DNA of 64,000 bases from NCBI GenBank assembly GCA_049320885.1, contig JBMORA010000044.1:21977-85976 (forward strand). The letters run 5' to 3'. The first letter of the stretch is position 1, and each line of letters opens with the position of its first letter. Below, in pieces: positions 47,476 through 58,340 of this stretch. Position numbers and translations under genes: made by a program. This DNA is from Thermodesulfobacteriota bacterium. Its GTDB lineage: Bacteria; Desulfobacterota; Desulfobacteria; Desulfobacterales; SURF-7. The notes beneath the pieces are model-generated. The model was not told where the DNA came from, did not search any database, and saw only the letters and a list, made by a program, of their open reading frames with translations.

Positions 47476-47871
47476 TTATTTTACATCCTTTTTGTTATGG
47501 ATCTGAATACTGTCCACCAGTTTTGCCTGGTATTGCTGCGGCACATCGAATTCCGCCGGGCCTCTGCGCATGCTGTTCAATTTCATGATCAGGAAGTTCA
47601 ATTTTTTCAGAACACCGTATTTTTCCGACTCGTCCTTCATGGCGCCCAGCAGATCTTCGGTTTGTCGAATCTCCTTGCGAAGTTCCAGCTCCGGAGGAAT
47701 AAAATCGGCATTTTTCAGAATCTTGTAGGCCAAACGCAATTCTTCGGGAACATTGTTGTTGTTAAATTCCAGCGGTTTTCCCGCTCCCGGCAGGTTATTA
47801 AAAGAGCCTTGACGGATTGCCTGCTGAATTCGTTCCTCGATTATTTTTTCGAATCCGTACATGCGAATCAC
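47476..47871 (-). CDS. DUF1992/DnaJ-family-associated protein
   Basis: EERIQQA..QG.F.NLPG.GKPL...LRLAYKILKNA.F.PPE. Confidence 0.85.
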   Translation of the reverse strand: MIRMYGFEKIIEERIQQAIRQGSFNNLPGAGKPLEFNNNNVPEELRLAYKILKNADFIPPELELRKEIRQTEDLLGAMKDESEKYGVLKKLNFLIMKLNSMRRGPAEFDVPQQYQAKLVDSIQIHNKKDVK

Positions 47872-47961
47872 TCTCTAAGGAGAAGCGAAAAATCGTATTA
47901 TTAATGGATCTGCCGATAAATGTCAAATATTGCCTGACAAACCGCAATGATTTAGAATTTA

Positions 47962-49575
47962 TTAAAAATCCTTTGCCAGTAGGGTCTTTGGAAGGGAAAT
48001 CCGGAAACGGGAGCCTTGGCCTAAAGCGGATTCCACTTCGATGGTCCCACCGTGTTGTTCGATCATTCGTTGTGAAATATACAGACCCAGCCCGGTACCG
48101 TGACCTCCTTTTGATGAAAAGAAAAGGGTGAAGAGTTTGGCCTTGGTTTCCGGATCCATACCGATTCCATTGTCGGAAATATCGAAGTAAATGCCATGAA
48201 GATCCTGTCCCACCGTAAAATGGATGTGTTTTTCATTTTTGGTTTTTTCTTCCACACACGCATCAATGGCGTTCTCAAGGATGTTGATCAATGCCGACCT
48301 AACCACTCCCGGATCTATTTTAAGGCGTCCGATGGATTCATCCAAATCAACCGTAAAGCCGATTTGCCGGGCTTTCATTTTGTCGGATACAGCCGCGGAG
48401 ACCTCCGTTACAAACGTAAGAACATCCACTAGTTCCCATTGGAGATCCCTTTCCTTTGCGAAATACAAGATGTCCAATACCAGGTTGCGAATCCGGCTGA
48501 TCATGAGTTTTACGACGCCCCACCCTTCCTTGATTCTGTCCTGATTCTCCTTGGTGAATCCAGACTCGACCATATACATTCCGCCATCCAATCCGGTCAA
48601 CAATCCCTTGATACTATGAGAAATCATGCTAATTTTCAATCCCAGGGCGGAAAGATGATCCTGGAGCTGTTTCACTTCGGCGACATCGGCTGAAATTTCG
48701 AGTACAAACTCGACGGTGTCTCCTTTAATGGTAACCGGTGCGGTGTGGACGATAACCGGCGCTTCGCTTCCGTCAATGGTGGTTACAATTTCACGGCTTC
48801 GTTGTCCAATTCCGGTTGCAAGGGTACGCGCCACGGGGCAACTGGCCTTTTCTTTGGAGGCTCCTTTATAAATCTGCCAACTGTTTTTTCCGATACGATC
48901 GCCAAACCGGTCCGTATACAATTGATTGGCGGCGATTACCTGAAGGTCGGCGTTGTGGATGGAAACCAGACAAGGCATTTGATTAAAAAATCGGATCCCA
49001 CCCTCCAGATCACCCGCCATATTCCAGATGGCGGAGGAGAATCCCTCGAATGTCTTACTGACGGCGAGGGCTTTTTCCGTTTCGAATAGCCGGGCGGCCT
49101 GTTCCTGAACGCGTTTTTCAAGGTTTTCGGTATAGGCTTTCAGTGTCCGGCGCATCCGGATGCGTTCCAGCGCTCTTTTCAGGGCGATTTCCAATACATC
49201 GTCGTTAATTGGTTTTGTTATAAAATCAACGGCATCTCTCTTCAGGCTTTCAATCGCCAGTTCCATATCCCCATGACCGGAAATCATGATGACTTCCGTG
49301 TTTTTGTTGGCTTTTTTAATGCTCTCCAGCAATTCGATGCCGGTCATCCCAGGCATTTTGATGTCGGTCAACACGATCGATGGCTGCTCGGAATGAAACA
49401 GCCGCAGGGCTTCCGGGCCATTGGCGGCGGTCAGTACGTGATAACCGCTGTCCTGGAGAGAAATGGACAACACCTTGCGGATGCTATCTTCATCGTCAAC
49501 CAGCAGGATTTTTTCAACAGGTTTGTTTTTCATCGCCATCCACAACAGGGATCGGTTGTCGAGACCGAGCCGCAT
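47962..49575 (-). CDS. Hybrid receiver-PAS-histidine kinase
   Basis: LLVDDE, TDIKMPG, SHSIK H-box, ENAIDA, DNGIG, GTGLGL. Start may be slightly downstream. Confidence 0.9.
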   Translation of the reverse strand: MRLGLDNRSLLWMAMKNKPVEKILLVDDEDSIRKVLSISLQDSGYHVLTAANGPEALRLFHSEQPSIVLTDIKMPGMTGIELLESIKKANKNTEVIMISGHGDMELAIESLKRDAVDFITKPINDDVLEIALKRALERIRMRRTLKAYTENLEKRVQEQAARLFETEKALAVSKTFEGFSSAIWNMAGDLEGGIRFFNQMPCLVSIHNADLQVIAANQLYTDRFGDRIGKNSWQIYKGASKEKASCPVARTLATGIGQRSREIVTTIDGSEAPVIVHTAPVTIKGDTVEFVLEISADVAEVKQLQDHLSALGLKISMISHSIKGLLTGLDGGMYMVESGFTKENQDRIKEGWGVVKLMISRIRNLVLDILYFAKERDLQWELVDVLTFVTEVSAAVSDKMKARQIGFTVDLDESIGRLKIDPGVVRSALINILENAIDACVEEKTKNEKHIHFTVGQDLHGIYFDISDNGIGMDPETKAKLFTLFFSSKGGHGTGLGLYISQRMIEQHGGTIEVESALGQGSRFRISLPKTLLAKDF

Positions 49576-49581
49576 GGTCCA

Positions 49582-50010
49582 TCATTGATAACCGGTTTCA
49601 AACATGCCATTCAGAATGGTTAATAAAATAGTCGGTTCCGGCGGTTTTTCCACATATGCCTGCGGCGGAGGGATCTTCACTCCGGTCTGGGCGCTGAGCA
49701 TTTTCAGGTAGTGCAGGAAGGATCTTTTGGAAACACCGGACAAGATGACAACCGGTATTGGAGCCAAAACCGGATCGGATTTCAAATGCTGGTACATCAA
49801 GGCGCCCCCTTCCTCCGGCATCATCACATCCAAAAGAATGACATCCGGTTGCAATGTGTTGGCTTTCTGAAGGCCTTCCTTCCCATTGCGCGCCGTAACG
49901 ATTTGATAGCCTCCATTTTTCAGCAGGGTGGTAAGGAAGAAGCGCATGTCCATTTCATCTTCCACCAGCAGGAGTTTTTTTTTCGTTTTTGGAAGCACTG
50001 ATCCCATCAT
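49582..50010 (-). CDS. Single-domain response regulator
   Basis: LLVEDE, LLDVMMP, EKP. Confidence 0.88.
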   Translation of the reverse strand: MMGSVLPKTKKKLLLVEDEMDMRFFLTTLLKNGGYQIVTARNGKEGLQKANTLQPDVILLDVMMPEEGGALMYQHLKSDPVLAPIPVVILSGVSKRSFLHYLKMLSAQTGVKIPPPQAYVEKPPEPTILLTILNGMFETGYQ

Positions 50011-50049
50011 TATTTTCCACGAATACCGAGCGCTGATTGCGAAGGTGCT

Positions 50050-50586
50050 TTATAGACTGATCCGGCATTCCTTCGGCATATTATGAAAACTGAGCTCCCA
50101 GGCAATACCGTCAATGATATCAAATAAATTGAATACGGTTTCAAATTCGAATTCATCCACGGTGTCGCCAAAAACCACATGTTTTAATTTTCCGAGTTTC
50201 AACGGAAGATCAAGCAGGTTGTTAAGACCATACGGTTTGATCTCCAGGGGACGGTTCTTTTGAATGCCCACAAGCGATGAATAGATCGTCATTCGGGGTT
50301 GGCCGGGAAAACCGATCATTTCAACCGTACGGTTGAGTTCGATCCAATCGATGAAATCACAGTGGCAGCCGCTTGCCGGGCAGGCCCGAACCATTTCCAG
50401 ATAGGAGGAAAAAAATGGGTTCAAATCAGCAAGGATCGGGTAAGTCTCCAGAAGCTGAAAAAAATGTCTGAACGTGTAATCCTTGTCGAGAAAAACAGGG
50501 TAACCGAGAAACAGCTGTGGCTTTCGGGTGATCAGGTTCTGACCATACAGCATCTCGCCGGTCGTTTTAAGAAGAATTTGGTTCAT
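50050..50586 (-). CDS. Hypothetical protein
   Basis: 178-aa ORF co-oriented within the operon. Confidence 0.7.
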   Translation of the reverse strand: MNQILLKTTGEMLYGQNLITRKPQLFLGYPVFLDKDYTFRHFFQLLETYPILADLNPFFSSYLEMVRACPASGCHCDFIDWIELNRTVEMIGFPGQPRMTIYSSLVGIQKNRPLEIKPYGLNNLLDLPLKLGKLKHVVFGDTVDEFEFETVFNLFDIIDGIAWELSFHNMPKECRISL

Positions 50587-50629
50587 AGCGGCTTTTAGTT
50601 GACCTATTTAGTCAAGAAAAAAACAGCTG

Positions 50630-51790
50630 TCAAGGACATCCGGGGGTTCGGGGCGGCCCGGGAAGCCGTATGGCAAACAGAGATCCCTTACCGGGCTCCG
50701 ATGTGACGGAGATTTGGCCCAAGTGTTTGTCGATAATATTTTTGGTCATCATCAATCCGATGCCGTTTCCCTTGGCCCCCTTCGTGGAGAAAAAGTATTG
50801 AAAAATTTGTTGACGTGTCTCCGGGGTCATACCCACTCCATTGTCTTCCACCTGATATTCCACTGCCCATCCGGCAACAGTCCGGCATCGGATGGTTACC
50901 TTTTTTTCGGTTGCTGCTTCCAGTGCTTCACATGCATCCAGGGCGTTGTTGACCAGATTCAGCAGGGCCTGATGAATGCCTTCCGGATCCAGATCGACCG
51001 GCTCAATTTCATCATTCAATTCCATCCGCAGCATAATACCGGCGGATTGGGCCCGCGGGGATACCAATTCGACCACTTCCTTAACCGGTTGATTGGGGTT
51101 GCACTGTTCGTAATGAATATTCCCGGTCTTGGCATAATTCAACAAATCCATGGATAATTTAACAATTTTCTCCACATTGCCGCTCACCATCCTCCATCCC
51201 TGGAGCAGATAGGGGTTGGGGGCTTGTTCCATGGCTTTTTCCAGTAAAAATGCGCCGCCCCGAAGTCCGCCGGCGATATTCTTGATGGCATGTGATAACC
51301 CGGCTACTGTCTGACCAATGGCGGCCAGCCTTTCCGCTTCGATCAGCTGTTTGGATTTTTCTTCGACCAGTTGTTCCAGTTTTTCCGTATAATCCTGCAG
51401 CTGACGTCGTATGGTGATGCGTTCCAGGGCGCGCTTCAATGCGATTTCAAGCGCATCTTCATGAATCGGTTTGGTGATATAATCCGTGGCCTCGAATTTG
51501 AGACTCTTAACAGCCAGGTCCAGATCGCCATGGCCGGTTATCATAATGACTTCCGTATCCGGTTTTTCGTCTTTGATTTCTCGAAGCAGCGCAATCCCGT
51601 CTTTTCCCGGCATTTTGATGTCGGTGATTACGATCTGGTGGTGAACCTGCTTGAAAAACTGAATGGCTTCGGTACTGTTGGAGGCCGTGCTGACGATATA
51701 TCCCTGGTCTGTCAAGGCAATACCGAGGACGCGGCGGACACCTTCTTCATCATCGACCAGGAGAACGCTTATGGGCTGGTTTTTCGACAT
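50630..51790 (-). CDS. Hybrid receiver-histidine kinase
   Basis: Receiver motifs; SHAIKN H-box; NALDA, DNGVG, GNGIGL. Confidence 0.9.
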   Translation of the reverse strand: MSKNQPISVLLVDDEEGVRRVLGIALTDQGYIVSTASNSTEAIQFFKQVHHQIVITDIKMPGKDGIALLREIKDEKPDTEVIMITGHGDLDLAVKSLKFEATDYITKPIHEDALEIALKRALERITIRRQLQDYTEKLEQLVEEKSKQLIEAERLAAIGQTVAGLSHAIKNIAGGLRGGAFLLEKAMEQAPNPYLLQGWRMVSGNVEKIVKLSMDLLNYAKTGNIHYEQCNPNQPVKEVVELVSPRAQSAGIMLRMELNDEIEPVDLDPEGIHQALLNLVNNALDACEALEAATEKKVTIRCRTVAGWAVEYQVEDNGVGMTPETRQQIFQYFFSTKGAKGNGIGLMMTKNIIDKHLGQISVTSEPGKGSLFAIRLPGPPRTPGCP

Positions 51791-54123
51791 TATGGTTTGT
51801 CCGATCTGGGCAATCGAATGGTGAAACAGGTTCCGCTCTGACTGGAAGAAACCTGGATGGACCCCTTGAAGTCCTGAATGATTCCATAGCTGATGGACAG
51901 ACCGATCCCCGTGCCTTCTCCAACTTTTTTGGTCGTGAAAAAGGGTTCGAAGATTTTTCCGATAATCTGCCGCGGAATGCCGATCCCCGTATCGCTGACC
52001 TTGATCAACACAACCAATTCATCCGCAAGGGTTTGCAGTGTAATCTGTTTTTCTTCCGTTTCCAAACCGGCTTGGGTCTTCCATTTTTCGTCAATGGCGT
52101 CACGGGCGTTGATCAGCAGATTGATGAATACCTGTTCCAGTCGGACAGCCTCTGATTGAACCGGCGGCAGGTCCTCCGCCAACAACCAAAGCACACTGAT
52201 TTCCCGCAATTTGAACTGTTGCCGAAAAATTTCGAACGCATTTTTCAGAACGTCGTTTACGTGAACCGTTTCCAGATGAAGATCGGGCTTTCGTCCGAAT
52301 TGTCTGAGATGGTTAATGATATTGGACGCCCGATCCACATGGCTGTCGATTTCCGATGCCATGGTGAAAAGGATATCCTCCTGGATAGGCTCTTTTTTTC
52401 GGATTTTTTTGATGAAATAACTGCTGGCGGTTTTAATGACCGACAAAGGTTGATTGAGTTCATGGGCAACGCCCGTCGCCATTTCACCCAGGGTAGCCAT
52501 TTTACCGGCCTGAATCAGCTGCATTTCCACTTCCAAACGCTCGGTGATATCCGTGGTGGTGACCAGCAGCGCTTTTCTTCCCGGGTATTCCGAAGGCGAT
52601 ATATGCATGTTGACGAAGCGGACATTGCCTTTACGGTCCAATTGTCGGACCTGGTTGATCTCTTTGGTGTCCTTGATGGAGCTTGCATAGCGCTCTCTTT
52701 CTTCTTCCAGAAAAAACCGGAGAAACGATTGGCCAAGAATTTCCATTTTTTGATATCCGTACACCGATGTGATGCTGTCATTACAGTCTATGATTTCCAG
52801 CGAATCCGCATCGAGTACAAATATCGAATTGGGGATATTGTTAAAAATGGCATAGTACTGCTGTTCGGATTGCTGCAGTTTGTTTTCCAGTTGTTTTTTG
52901 TGGGTGATGTCGAGGCTGATTTCCATGGCGCCGATGATTTCACCACGGTTGTTCTTCATCGGAGCTGTTTTCACAATCCAATGGGTGAGAGAGCCGTCTT
53001 TGTTGAGACCGGTCTCTTCGCTGAAGTGAGGGTTGCCGTCCTGAAATGTTTTTTCAACCGGGCAGAAATCGCATTTTTCCGTTCGCCCTTTGTAGGCCGA
53101 ATAACAATAATCTCCCGGCCGGGGACCGAATCGCTTGGAAAACTCTTGATTGTAACCGATCAGTTTGTAGTCGCGGTCCTGAACCGTAATGATGCAGGGA
53201 ACGAGCTCGAAAAGGCGTTCATACTCGTTTTTTTGTCGATTGAGCTCCCGCTGTTTTCGACCGATGTCTAGACCCATGCGGTGAATCGCTTCGGCAAGGC
53301 GGCCGATTTCGTCCCGTTGCCGGTACTGCCCAAGAGGGGTATATTCTCCGCCCGCGATTCGGCGTGTTTCATGAATGAGTTTTTGAATAGGCGAAATAAA
53401 AAAGCGGGTCAGGATCAGTAAAAGAAGACAGGAGGTAGCTAAAAATAAAAAACCGGCCAATATAAAAAGCCATTTCTTATATGTACCCAAAGACAAGTCC
53501 GCTTTTTCAAGGGATATCACGACATCCAGTGCGCCCAATACTTTTTTTCCTTCTGGATGAGCATGACATGCGGCAGTGGCGCATCCTGGTTCGTTATAAA
53601 TCGGACTGATCAGCCCCAGCAACCGGTATCCCCGGGCAGCGAAAAAAAAACGTTTCCGTTCATCCAGAGAAATGATTTCAAGGGTAGATGTTTTCCGGTG
53701 ACAAATAATACAGGCCTCTTTCCTGATATCGGTTTGCCGGCCGATTTCCTTGGGAAGATTGGAGTATCGGATTTGTCCTTTCTTATTGTAAAGACGGATA
53801 TGTTCTATTCCCTGGAGCTTCCCAATATTTTGGATGATTTGATTGATATCCTCCCGGGCATTGAACATCATAGCGTAATGGGTTCCCAATCGAATGGCCT
53901 CACTGAGTCGGTTGCAGTCCGCAACAATATCCGCTAGTTCTTTTTTTTGATAATGACGGATATTGAAAAATGCCCAGATAAAGATGGAAAACAGAAGTAC
54001 GAAGCCGACCGAAAGGATGATTTTAAAAACCAAACTGCGGCGGATGTTAAGGATCCGCTTTTGTACGATCTTCCATGTATCGCACAAAAGCGGATATCGG
54101 AGAGAGGGTTGCCTCAATTTCAA
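51790..54123 (-). CDS. Membrane sensor histidine kinase (periplasmic CxxCH domain, HAMP, two PAS)
   Basis: Two TM segments; CIICH and CATAACH; DEIGRLA; AHELNQPL; NARDA; GTGIGL. Confidence 0.92.
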   Translation of the reverse strand: MKLRQPSLRYPLLCDTWKIVQKRILNIRRSLVFKIILSVGFVLLFSIFIWAFFNIRHYQKKELADIVADCNRLSEAIRLGTHYAMMFNAREDINQIIQNIGKLQGIEHIRLYNKKGQIRYSNLPKEIGRQTDIRKEACIICHRKTSTLEIISLDERKRFFFAARGYRLLGLISPIYNEPGCATAACHAHPEGKKVLGALDVVISLEKADLSLGTYKKWLFILAGFLFLATSCLLLLILTRFFISPIQKLIHETRRIAGGEYTPLGQYRQRDEIGRLAEAIHRMGLDIGRKQRELNRQKNEYERLFELVPCIITVQDRDYKLIGYNQEFSKRFGPRPGDYCYSAYKGRTEKCDFCPVEKTFQDGNPHFSEETGLNKDGSLTHWIVKTAPMKNNRGEIIGAMEISLDITHKKQLENKLQQSEQQYYAIFNNIPNSIFVLDADSLEIIDCNDSITSVYGYQKMEILGQSFLRFFLEEERERYASSIKDTKEINQVRQLDRKGNVRFVNMHISPSEYPGRKALLVTTTDITERLEVEMQLIQAGKMATLGEMATGVAHELNQPLSVIKTASSYFIKKIRKKEPIQEDILFTMASEIDSHVDRASNIINHLRQFGRKPDLHLETVHVNDVLKNAFEIFRQQFKLREISVLWLLAEDLPPVQSEAVRLEQVFINLLINARDAIDEKWKTQAGLETEEKQITLQTLADELVVLIKVSDTGIGIPRQIIGKIFEPFFTTKKVGEGTGIGLSISYGIIQDFKGSIQVSSSQSGTCFTIRLPRSDKP

Positions 54124-54501
54124 TCACCTGGATTCTTCGGTATCGGGGTTTCCGATGGTGTTCTGAACAATTCGCAGCAACTCCTCCGGATTGAAGGGTT
54201 TGTTCAGAAAACCCACTGCTTTGGGAATGGAATAGGTGATACTGGATAAACCGCTGATCACCAGAACGGGAATATCCTTGAAGTTTTTATTTTTTGTCAG
54301 CTTGCGATAAAAGCGGGGCCCCCACTCTTCGGGCATCTGCAGGTCCAGGGTGATCATGTCCGGTTTCTCATGCTGAATGGTTTCCAGGCCTTCCGAACTG
54401 CTGGATGCTCCCAGGGTTTCATATCCATTATCTTTCAGAATGGTTTCCAGATAGGTTACGATCACGGGGTCATCATCAATGATCAGGATTTTTTTGGCCA
54501 T
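54124..54501 (-). CDS. Single-domain response regulator (Tmc-associated, DVU0259-like)
   Basis: ILIIDDD, ITLDLQMPEEWGPRFYRKL, KPF. Confidence 0.88.
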   Translation of the reverse strand: MAKKILIIDDDPVIVTYLETILKDNGYETLGASSSSEGLETIQHEKPDMITLDLQMPEEWGPRFYRKLTKNKNFKDIPVLVISGLSSITYSIPKAVGFLNKPFNPEELLRIVQNTIGNPDTEESR

Positions 54502-54577
54502 GAGACATCTCTCCTTTTCTATGGACGATCTAATGAACCGGCACAGACGGCAATTCTTGGTATTCATGCCGAAAGTA

Positions 54578-54958
54578 TCAATTTTTCTGGTGGCATTCGC
54601 CGCACATGACCGGTCCTGCCTGTTGCTCCTCATGACAGCCCTTGCAGTTCAAATGGAAGGCTTTCATCAACGGCAATGGATTGGCTTGTTTTTCCAAATG
54701 GCAGTCCGAGCAACGCTGGTCTTCCGAAGATTCGTCTTCCACCAGGACGCCATCCCGATAGACATGATGGCACTGATTGCAATCCTCGATAGCGGCCTTT
54801 TCGTTGTGGGCGTCATGCTCAAATTGAACCATAGGACGTCGGGCATGTTCAAATACTGTATTATCGATATATTTCATATCTTCCTGGGGAAATGCAATTA
54901 TTATGGACGAAAGCCATATGCATAGAGCTGTCGATGTGGAAAAAACGCATTTACCCAT
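54578..54958 (-). CDS. tmcA: Acidic tetraheme cytochrome c3, TmcA
   Basis: Four CxxCH motifs (CNQCH, CSDCH, CKGCH, CGECH); signal peptide; tmc gene context. Confidence 0.88.
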   Translation of the reverse strand: MGKCVFSTSTALCIWLSSIIIAFPQEDMKYIDNTVFEHARRPMVQFEHDAHNEKAAIEDCNQCHHVYRDGVLVEDESSEDQRCSDCHLEKQANPLPLMKAFHLNCKGCHEEQQAGPVMCGECHQKN

Positions 54959-56321
54959 TGTGGCCTCCTTCGACAGAACCGGGTTTTTCCATGACTTGGT
55001 AAAGGATATCGCTGATGAACTTCACTTCCATGTCGAGATGATAATGATGCACGATGTCTTCCAGACCACTGTGGCAATTATGGCAGGGAGCGATGAGAAT
55101 GCTTACGCCTGTGTTCGCCAGCTGTTCGGCTTTGACCCGATTTCCGGTCATGCGTTTTTGCTTAAAAGGAGGACCGCAGTTGATCACGCCCCCTCCGGCG
55201 CAGCAGCAATAATTGTGCTCCCGGTTGGGATGCATTTCCACCAGATTGTCACAGAGGGCGTTGATAACGTAACGGGCTTTTTCATGCAGGCCGCGACCAC
55301 GAACAACATTGCATGGATCGTGGAGGGTCACCGGTTCTGGAAATTTTTTGGCTATTTTGATCCGTCCGGTTTTGATCAATTCATAATAAAACTCGATGGC
55401 ATGAATTACCGGGATCGGCGGCATTCTCCATCCCAGCCAGCGGTTGCCCATATCATACACGGACCGGAAGGCATGACCGCATTCCCCCATGACGATCCGG
55501 TTGACTTTCAATCTGGCGGCCGTCTCAAAATGAGCCCTTTTCAGGCGGCCCATGATTTCATTGTCACCCGTGTACATGGCCATGTCGCTGTTGTCCCAGC
55601 CGGGGGTGGCGGGCATGGTCCAATCCATTCCCGCCACATTCATAATGACGGCCGCCTGATAAATCAGTTCGGCCTGAAATTTGGGCTCCGGCGCAATGAC
55701 CGAGTACATGATATCCGCCCCTTCTTTTTCAAGGGGGATCCTGAGACCGGGGATTTCATCCCGGGCGTCTTCTTCCTGCCACTGGAGGGTGTCGACCCAT
55801 TCGTCCTCTTTCACCCACATCTGATTCATGGTAACGGAATGACTGTTGACCGTGTCCTGGATATACAACGGGGTAACGCCCAGCTTGTGACAGATCCGAC
55901 GGACCAACAGCATCAGATAGGCAATATCGATACCGAATGGACAGTACATGGCGCAACGTTTGCAGACATTGCATTCCGTATGGGCAATCTCCGCCGCGCG
56001 TCGAATGAAGGCCGGCGATACGCGACCTTTTTTTCGAACCATCTCCCAGATGGTCTGTTTCACCTTCCCAACCGGCGAGAACCGCGGGTCTTTGTCGTTG
56101 GAGAGGTAAAAATGACAAGCCTCCGAACAAAGACCGCAATGAATACAAGTGTTAATATAGGTTTCAAGACGCACGCCGGTTTCTTCGTCAAGAACCTGCC
56201 GGATGACGGTTGCAATTCGATCCTCGGTCAGCCGCGCAGAGCCTTTTTCTAGGCCATCATCCTGTATCGGTGTATCAACGGGATGTTGTTGAGTCGCAGC
56301 AGGGGTTGCCGTTTCAGCCAT
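54951..56321 (-). CDS. tmcB: Fe-S/CCG-domain oxidoreductase TmcB
   Basis: CIHCGLCSEAC, CNVCKRCAMYCP, ECGHA, HDPC, CCAGGG, CHNC. Confidence 0.9.
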   Translation of the reverse strand: MAETATPAATQQHPVDTPIQDDGLEKGSARLTEDRIATVIRQVLDEETGVRLETYINTCIHCGLCSEACHFYLSNDKDPRFSPVGKVKQTIWEMVRKKGRVSPAFIRRAAEIAHTECNVCKRCAMYCPFGIDIAYLMLLVRRICHKLGVTPLYIQDTVNSHSVTMNQMWVKEDEWVDTLQWQEEDARDEIPGLRIPLEKEGADIMYSVIAPEPKFQAELIYQAAVIMNVAGMDWTMPATPGWDNSDMAMYTGDNEIMGRLKRAHFETAARLKVNRIVMGECGHAFRSVYDMGNRWLGWRMPPIPVIHAIEFYYELIKTGRIKIAKKFPEPVTLHDPCNVVRGRGLHEKARYVINALCDNLVEMHPNREHNYCCCAGGGVINCGPPFKQKRMTGNRVKAEQLANTGVSILIAPCHNCHSGLEDIVHHYHLDMEVKFISDILYQVMEKPGSVEGGHNG

Positions 56322-56372
56322 AAAAACCTCCTTCGCCCTGGTGAAAGAAAAATTCTAACAAAAAATAAATCA

Positions 56373-57032
56373 TTACCAATCCTTTGCGTGACGATACGCA
56401 CCAAACTCCGAACCCATGTATGCCCGTGTGAATGGGGAGAAGAGCATATGGCTTAAACGGGTGAAGGGGATGGCGACCAACATGAGTTCTCCGGAAATGA
56501 TGTGCAGCAGAAAAGCCGTCGTGTAACCGGGCAGCTGATGATAGGACCAGAACCCGGTAAGAAACGGCGCGGCCACAATGGCCAGGATGCCGAAATCAGA
56601 CGACGAGGTAACATATCGGACTTCCGGTTTTTGGATTCGGCGAACCAGAAAAAACAAACAGGCGGCTATTGTAAGGATGGTCATGATGTCGGCGATTAGA
56701 TCCGGCAAGGCCCACCAGGAAATATTCCAGGACTCGTCCAGCAGAACGATATGAGCTAACAGAAAGCTCGGCGTGATGAACAGGCAGATATGGAAAAGAA
56801 AGGTGACAACCGTCAGAACCCGTTGTTTGCGCATATTGACGGTGGCAAAGGGCGTTATCCAATGAAGAATGGAGCGCAGACTATATTTCAAACTTAAGAT
56901 TGAGAAAATATATGCCTCTTTCCGATAGGCGAGCCAGATCATCCGTACCAGTTTATAAAGGCTTCCGCCGACAAACAAACCAAAGCTGATCCACAGCAAT
57001 GGTCCGGTAATGAAGTCATAGATACTGTGCAT
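56373..57032 (-). CDS. tmcC: Membrane cytochrome b subunit TmcC (NarI-like)
   Basis: Multiple TM segments with conserved His; PFTRLSHM, GSEFG..R...DW. Confidence 0.88.
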   Translation of the reverse strand: MHSIYDFITGPLLWISFGLFVGGSLYKLVRMIWLAYRKEAYIFSILSLKYSLRSILHWITPFATVNMRKQRVLTVVTFLFHICLFITPSFLLAHIVLLDESWNISWWALPDLIADIMTILTIAACLFFLVRRIQKPEVRYVTSSSDFGILAIVAAPFLTGFWSYHQLPGYTTAFLLHIISGELMLVAIPFTRLSHMLFSPFTRAYMGSEFGAYRHAKDW

Positions 57033-57046
57033 GATGTCCTCCCCGT

Positions 57047-58309
57047 CTAACCCAAAAATGTGTCGATGGTGACAATCCGTCTGAAATACTGGCGGTTTTC
57101 AACTGTGCGCAGCAAGAGACTGGTACCGTTGGGTTGAAAAATTGGTGACCAGGCGGCTTCGCAGTTGTGATTCCACACGTGTCCGTCCATGGCGAAGGCA
57201 TACCGGCCTTTTTTTTCGACTTTGGCGGCCACATGGCGGCCATCCGGACTGAAAACCGGCGGCCAGGCACGATCGAATGTCCGGTTCCAGGCCTTGCCGT
57301 CGACCACGATCGTCCATTTTCCGTTGTCCTTGGCAATGGCGGCAACGCGTCGACCATCGGGACTGAAGACCATATCCGTGACCATCTCTCCAAACGTAAT
57401 CGGCCAAGGCTGGTCGTTTACAGCCACGGTCCACTGACCGAACTTGGGCGCGACAATGGCGGCTACCGTATTTCCATCCGGGCTGTATTGCTGATGCCAG
57501 AGCTGGAGAAAATGATGCTTCCAGAGCGGGGAGCCGTTTTCAAACAAAGTCCATCCGGATTTCTGCCGGACCGGAGCCACAACTGTTTTTCGCGTTGGAT
57601 GAAAAACAGGCTCCCATACGGATTTGAAGGTCTGGGGCCAGGGCTCACCATTTACCGCAATGGTGTAATCATATCGATTCAGGCGGACCTCCGCGGCAAG
57701 ATTGTTGCCATCCGGGCTGAACACGCTTTTCCACACGTTCATGAAATTTCTCGGCCAGGGGATGCCGTTCGGCGAGGAGGTAAACGCGCCTTCTTCGAAT
57801 TTGAAGATTTCGCCTTCATTCAACCGATTGATTTGAACCGTTGCGGCGGTTTGGTCGCCCGATGGACTCATTACCGGGTTGGTGATGTTGCCAAACCGGT
57901 TTTCCCAGGGAGTGTCGTTAATAGCCATTCCGTATTCACCGTCCTGCTGAAAAGCGACGGCAATGCTGTTGCCGTCCTTGCTGAAAATCGGATTCCATAC
58001 ATAATCGAAGCGATTTTCCCATGGCTGGCCGTCAATCGTGACAGTCCATTCGCCATCCACGGAAGCCAGGGCACAGAGACGACCATCGGGAGTAAAGCGC
58101 AGGTGCCAGAGTTTTTCGAAAGGAGACTCCCATGTTTCACCGTTCACGCAGACATTGAATTCTCCCTCTTCAAGATGAACTATGGCCGCGATGGTTTCGC
58201 CATCCGGGCTGACGTACGGTTCTTCCGTCCAATCGAAATGATCTTGCCACACGCCGAGGGGCAGGCGTTTTTCGCTGGTTTTCCAATCCCAATCTTTTGT
58301 GGATACCAT
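57047..58309 (-). CDS. tmcD: Trp-rich beta-propeller protein TmcD
   Basis: Repeated W.P.FSPDG..A motifs; tmc gene context. Confidence 0.88.
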   Translation of the reverse strand: MVSTKDWDWKTSEKRLPLGVWQDHFDWTEEPYVSPDGETIAAIVHLEEGEFNVCVNGETWESPFEKLWHLRFTPDGRLCALASVDGEWTVTIDGQPWENRFDYVWNPIFSKDGNSIAVAFQQDGEYGMAINDTPWENRFGNITNPVMSPSGDQTAATVQINRLNEGEIFKFEEGAFTSSPNGIPWPRNFMNVWKSVFSPDGNNLAAEVRLNRYDYTIAVNGEPWPQTFKSVWEPVFHPTRKTVVAPVRQKSGWTLFENGSPLWKHHFLQLWHQQYSPDGNTVAAIVAPKFGQWTVAVNDQPWPITFGEMVTDMVFSPDGRRVAAIAKDNGKWTIVVDGKAWNRTFDRAWPPVFSPDGRHVAAKVEKKGRYAFAMDGHVWNHNCEAAWSPIFQPNGTSLLLRTVENRQYFRRIVTIDTFLG

Positions 58310-58340
58310 TCACATTGCTCCATGTCTTAGCGGTTATCTG

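Noticed and set aside
54903..58330. Long plus-strand ORFs (449 and 387 aa)
   Set aside because: Antisense to well-supported tmcB and tmcD.
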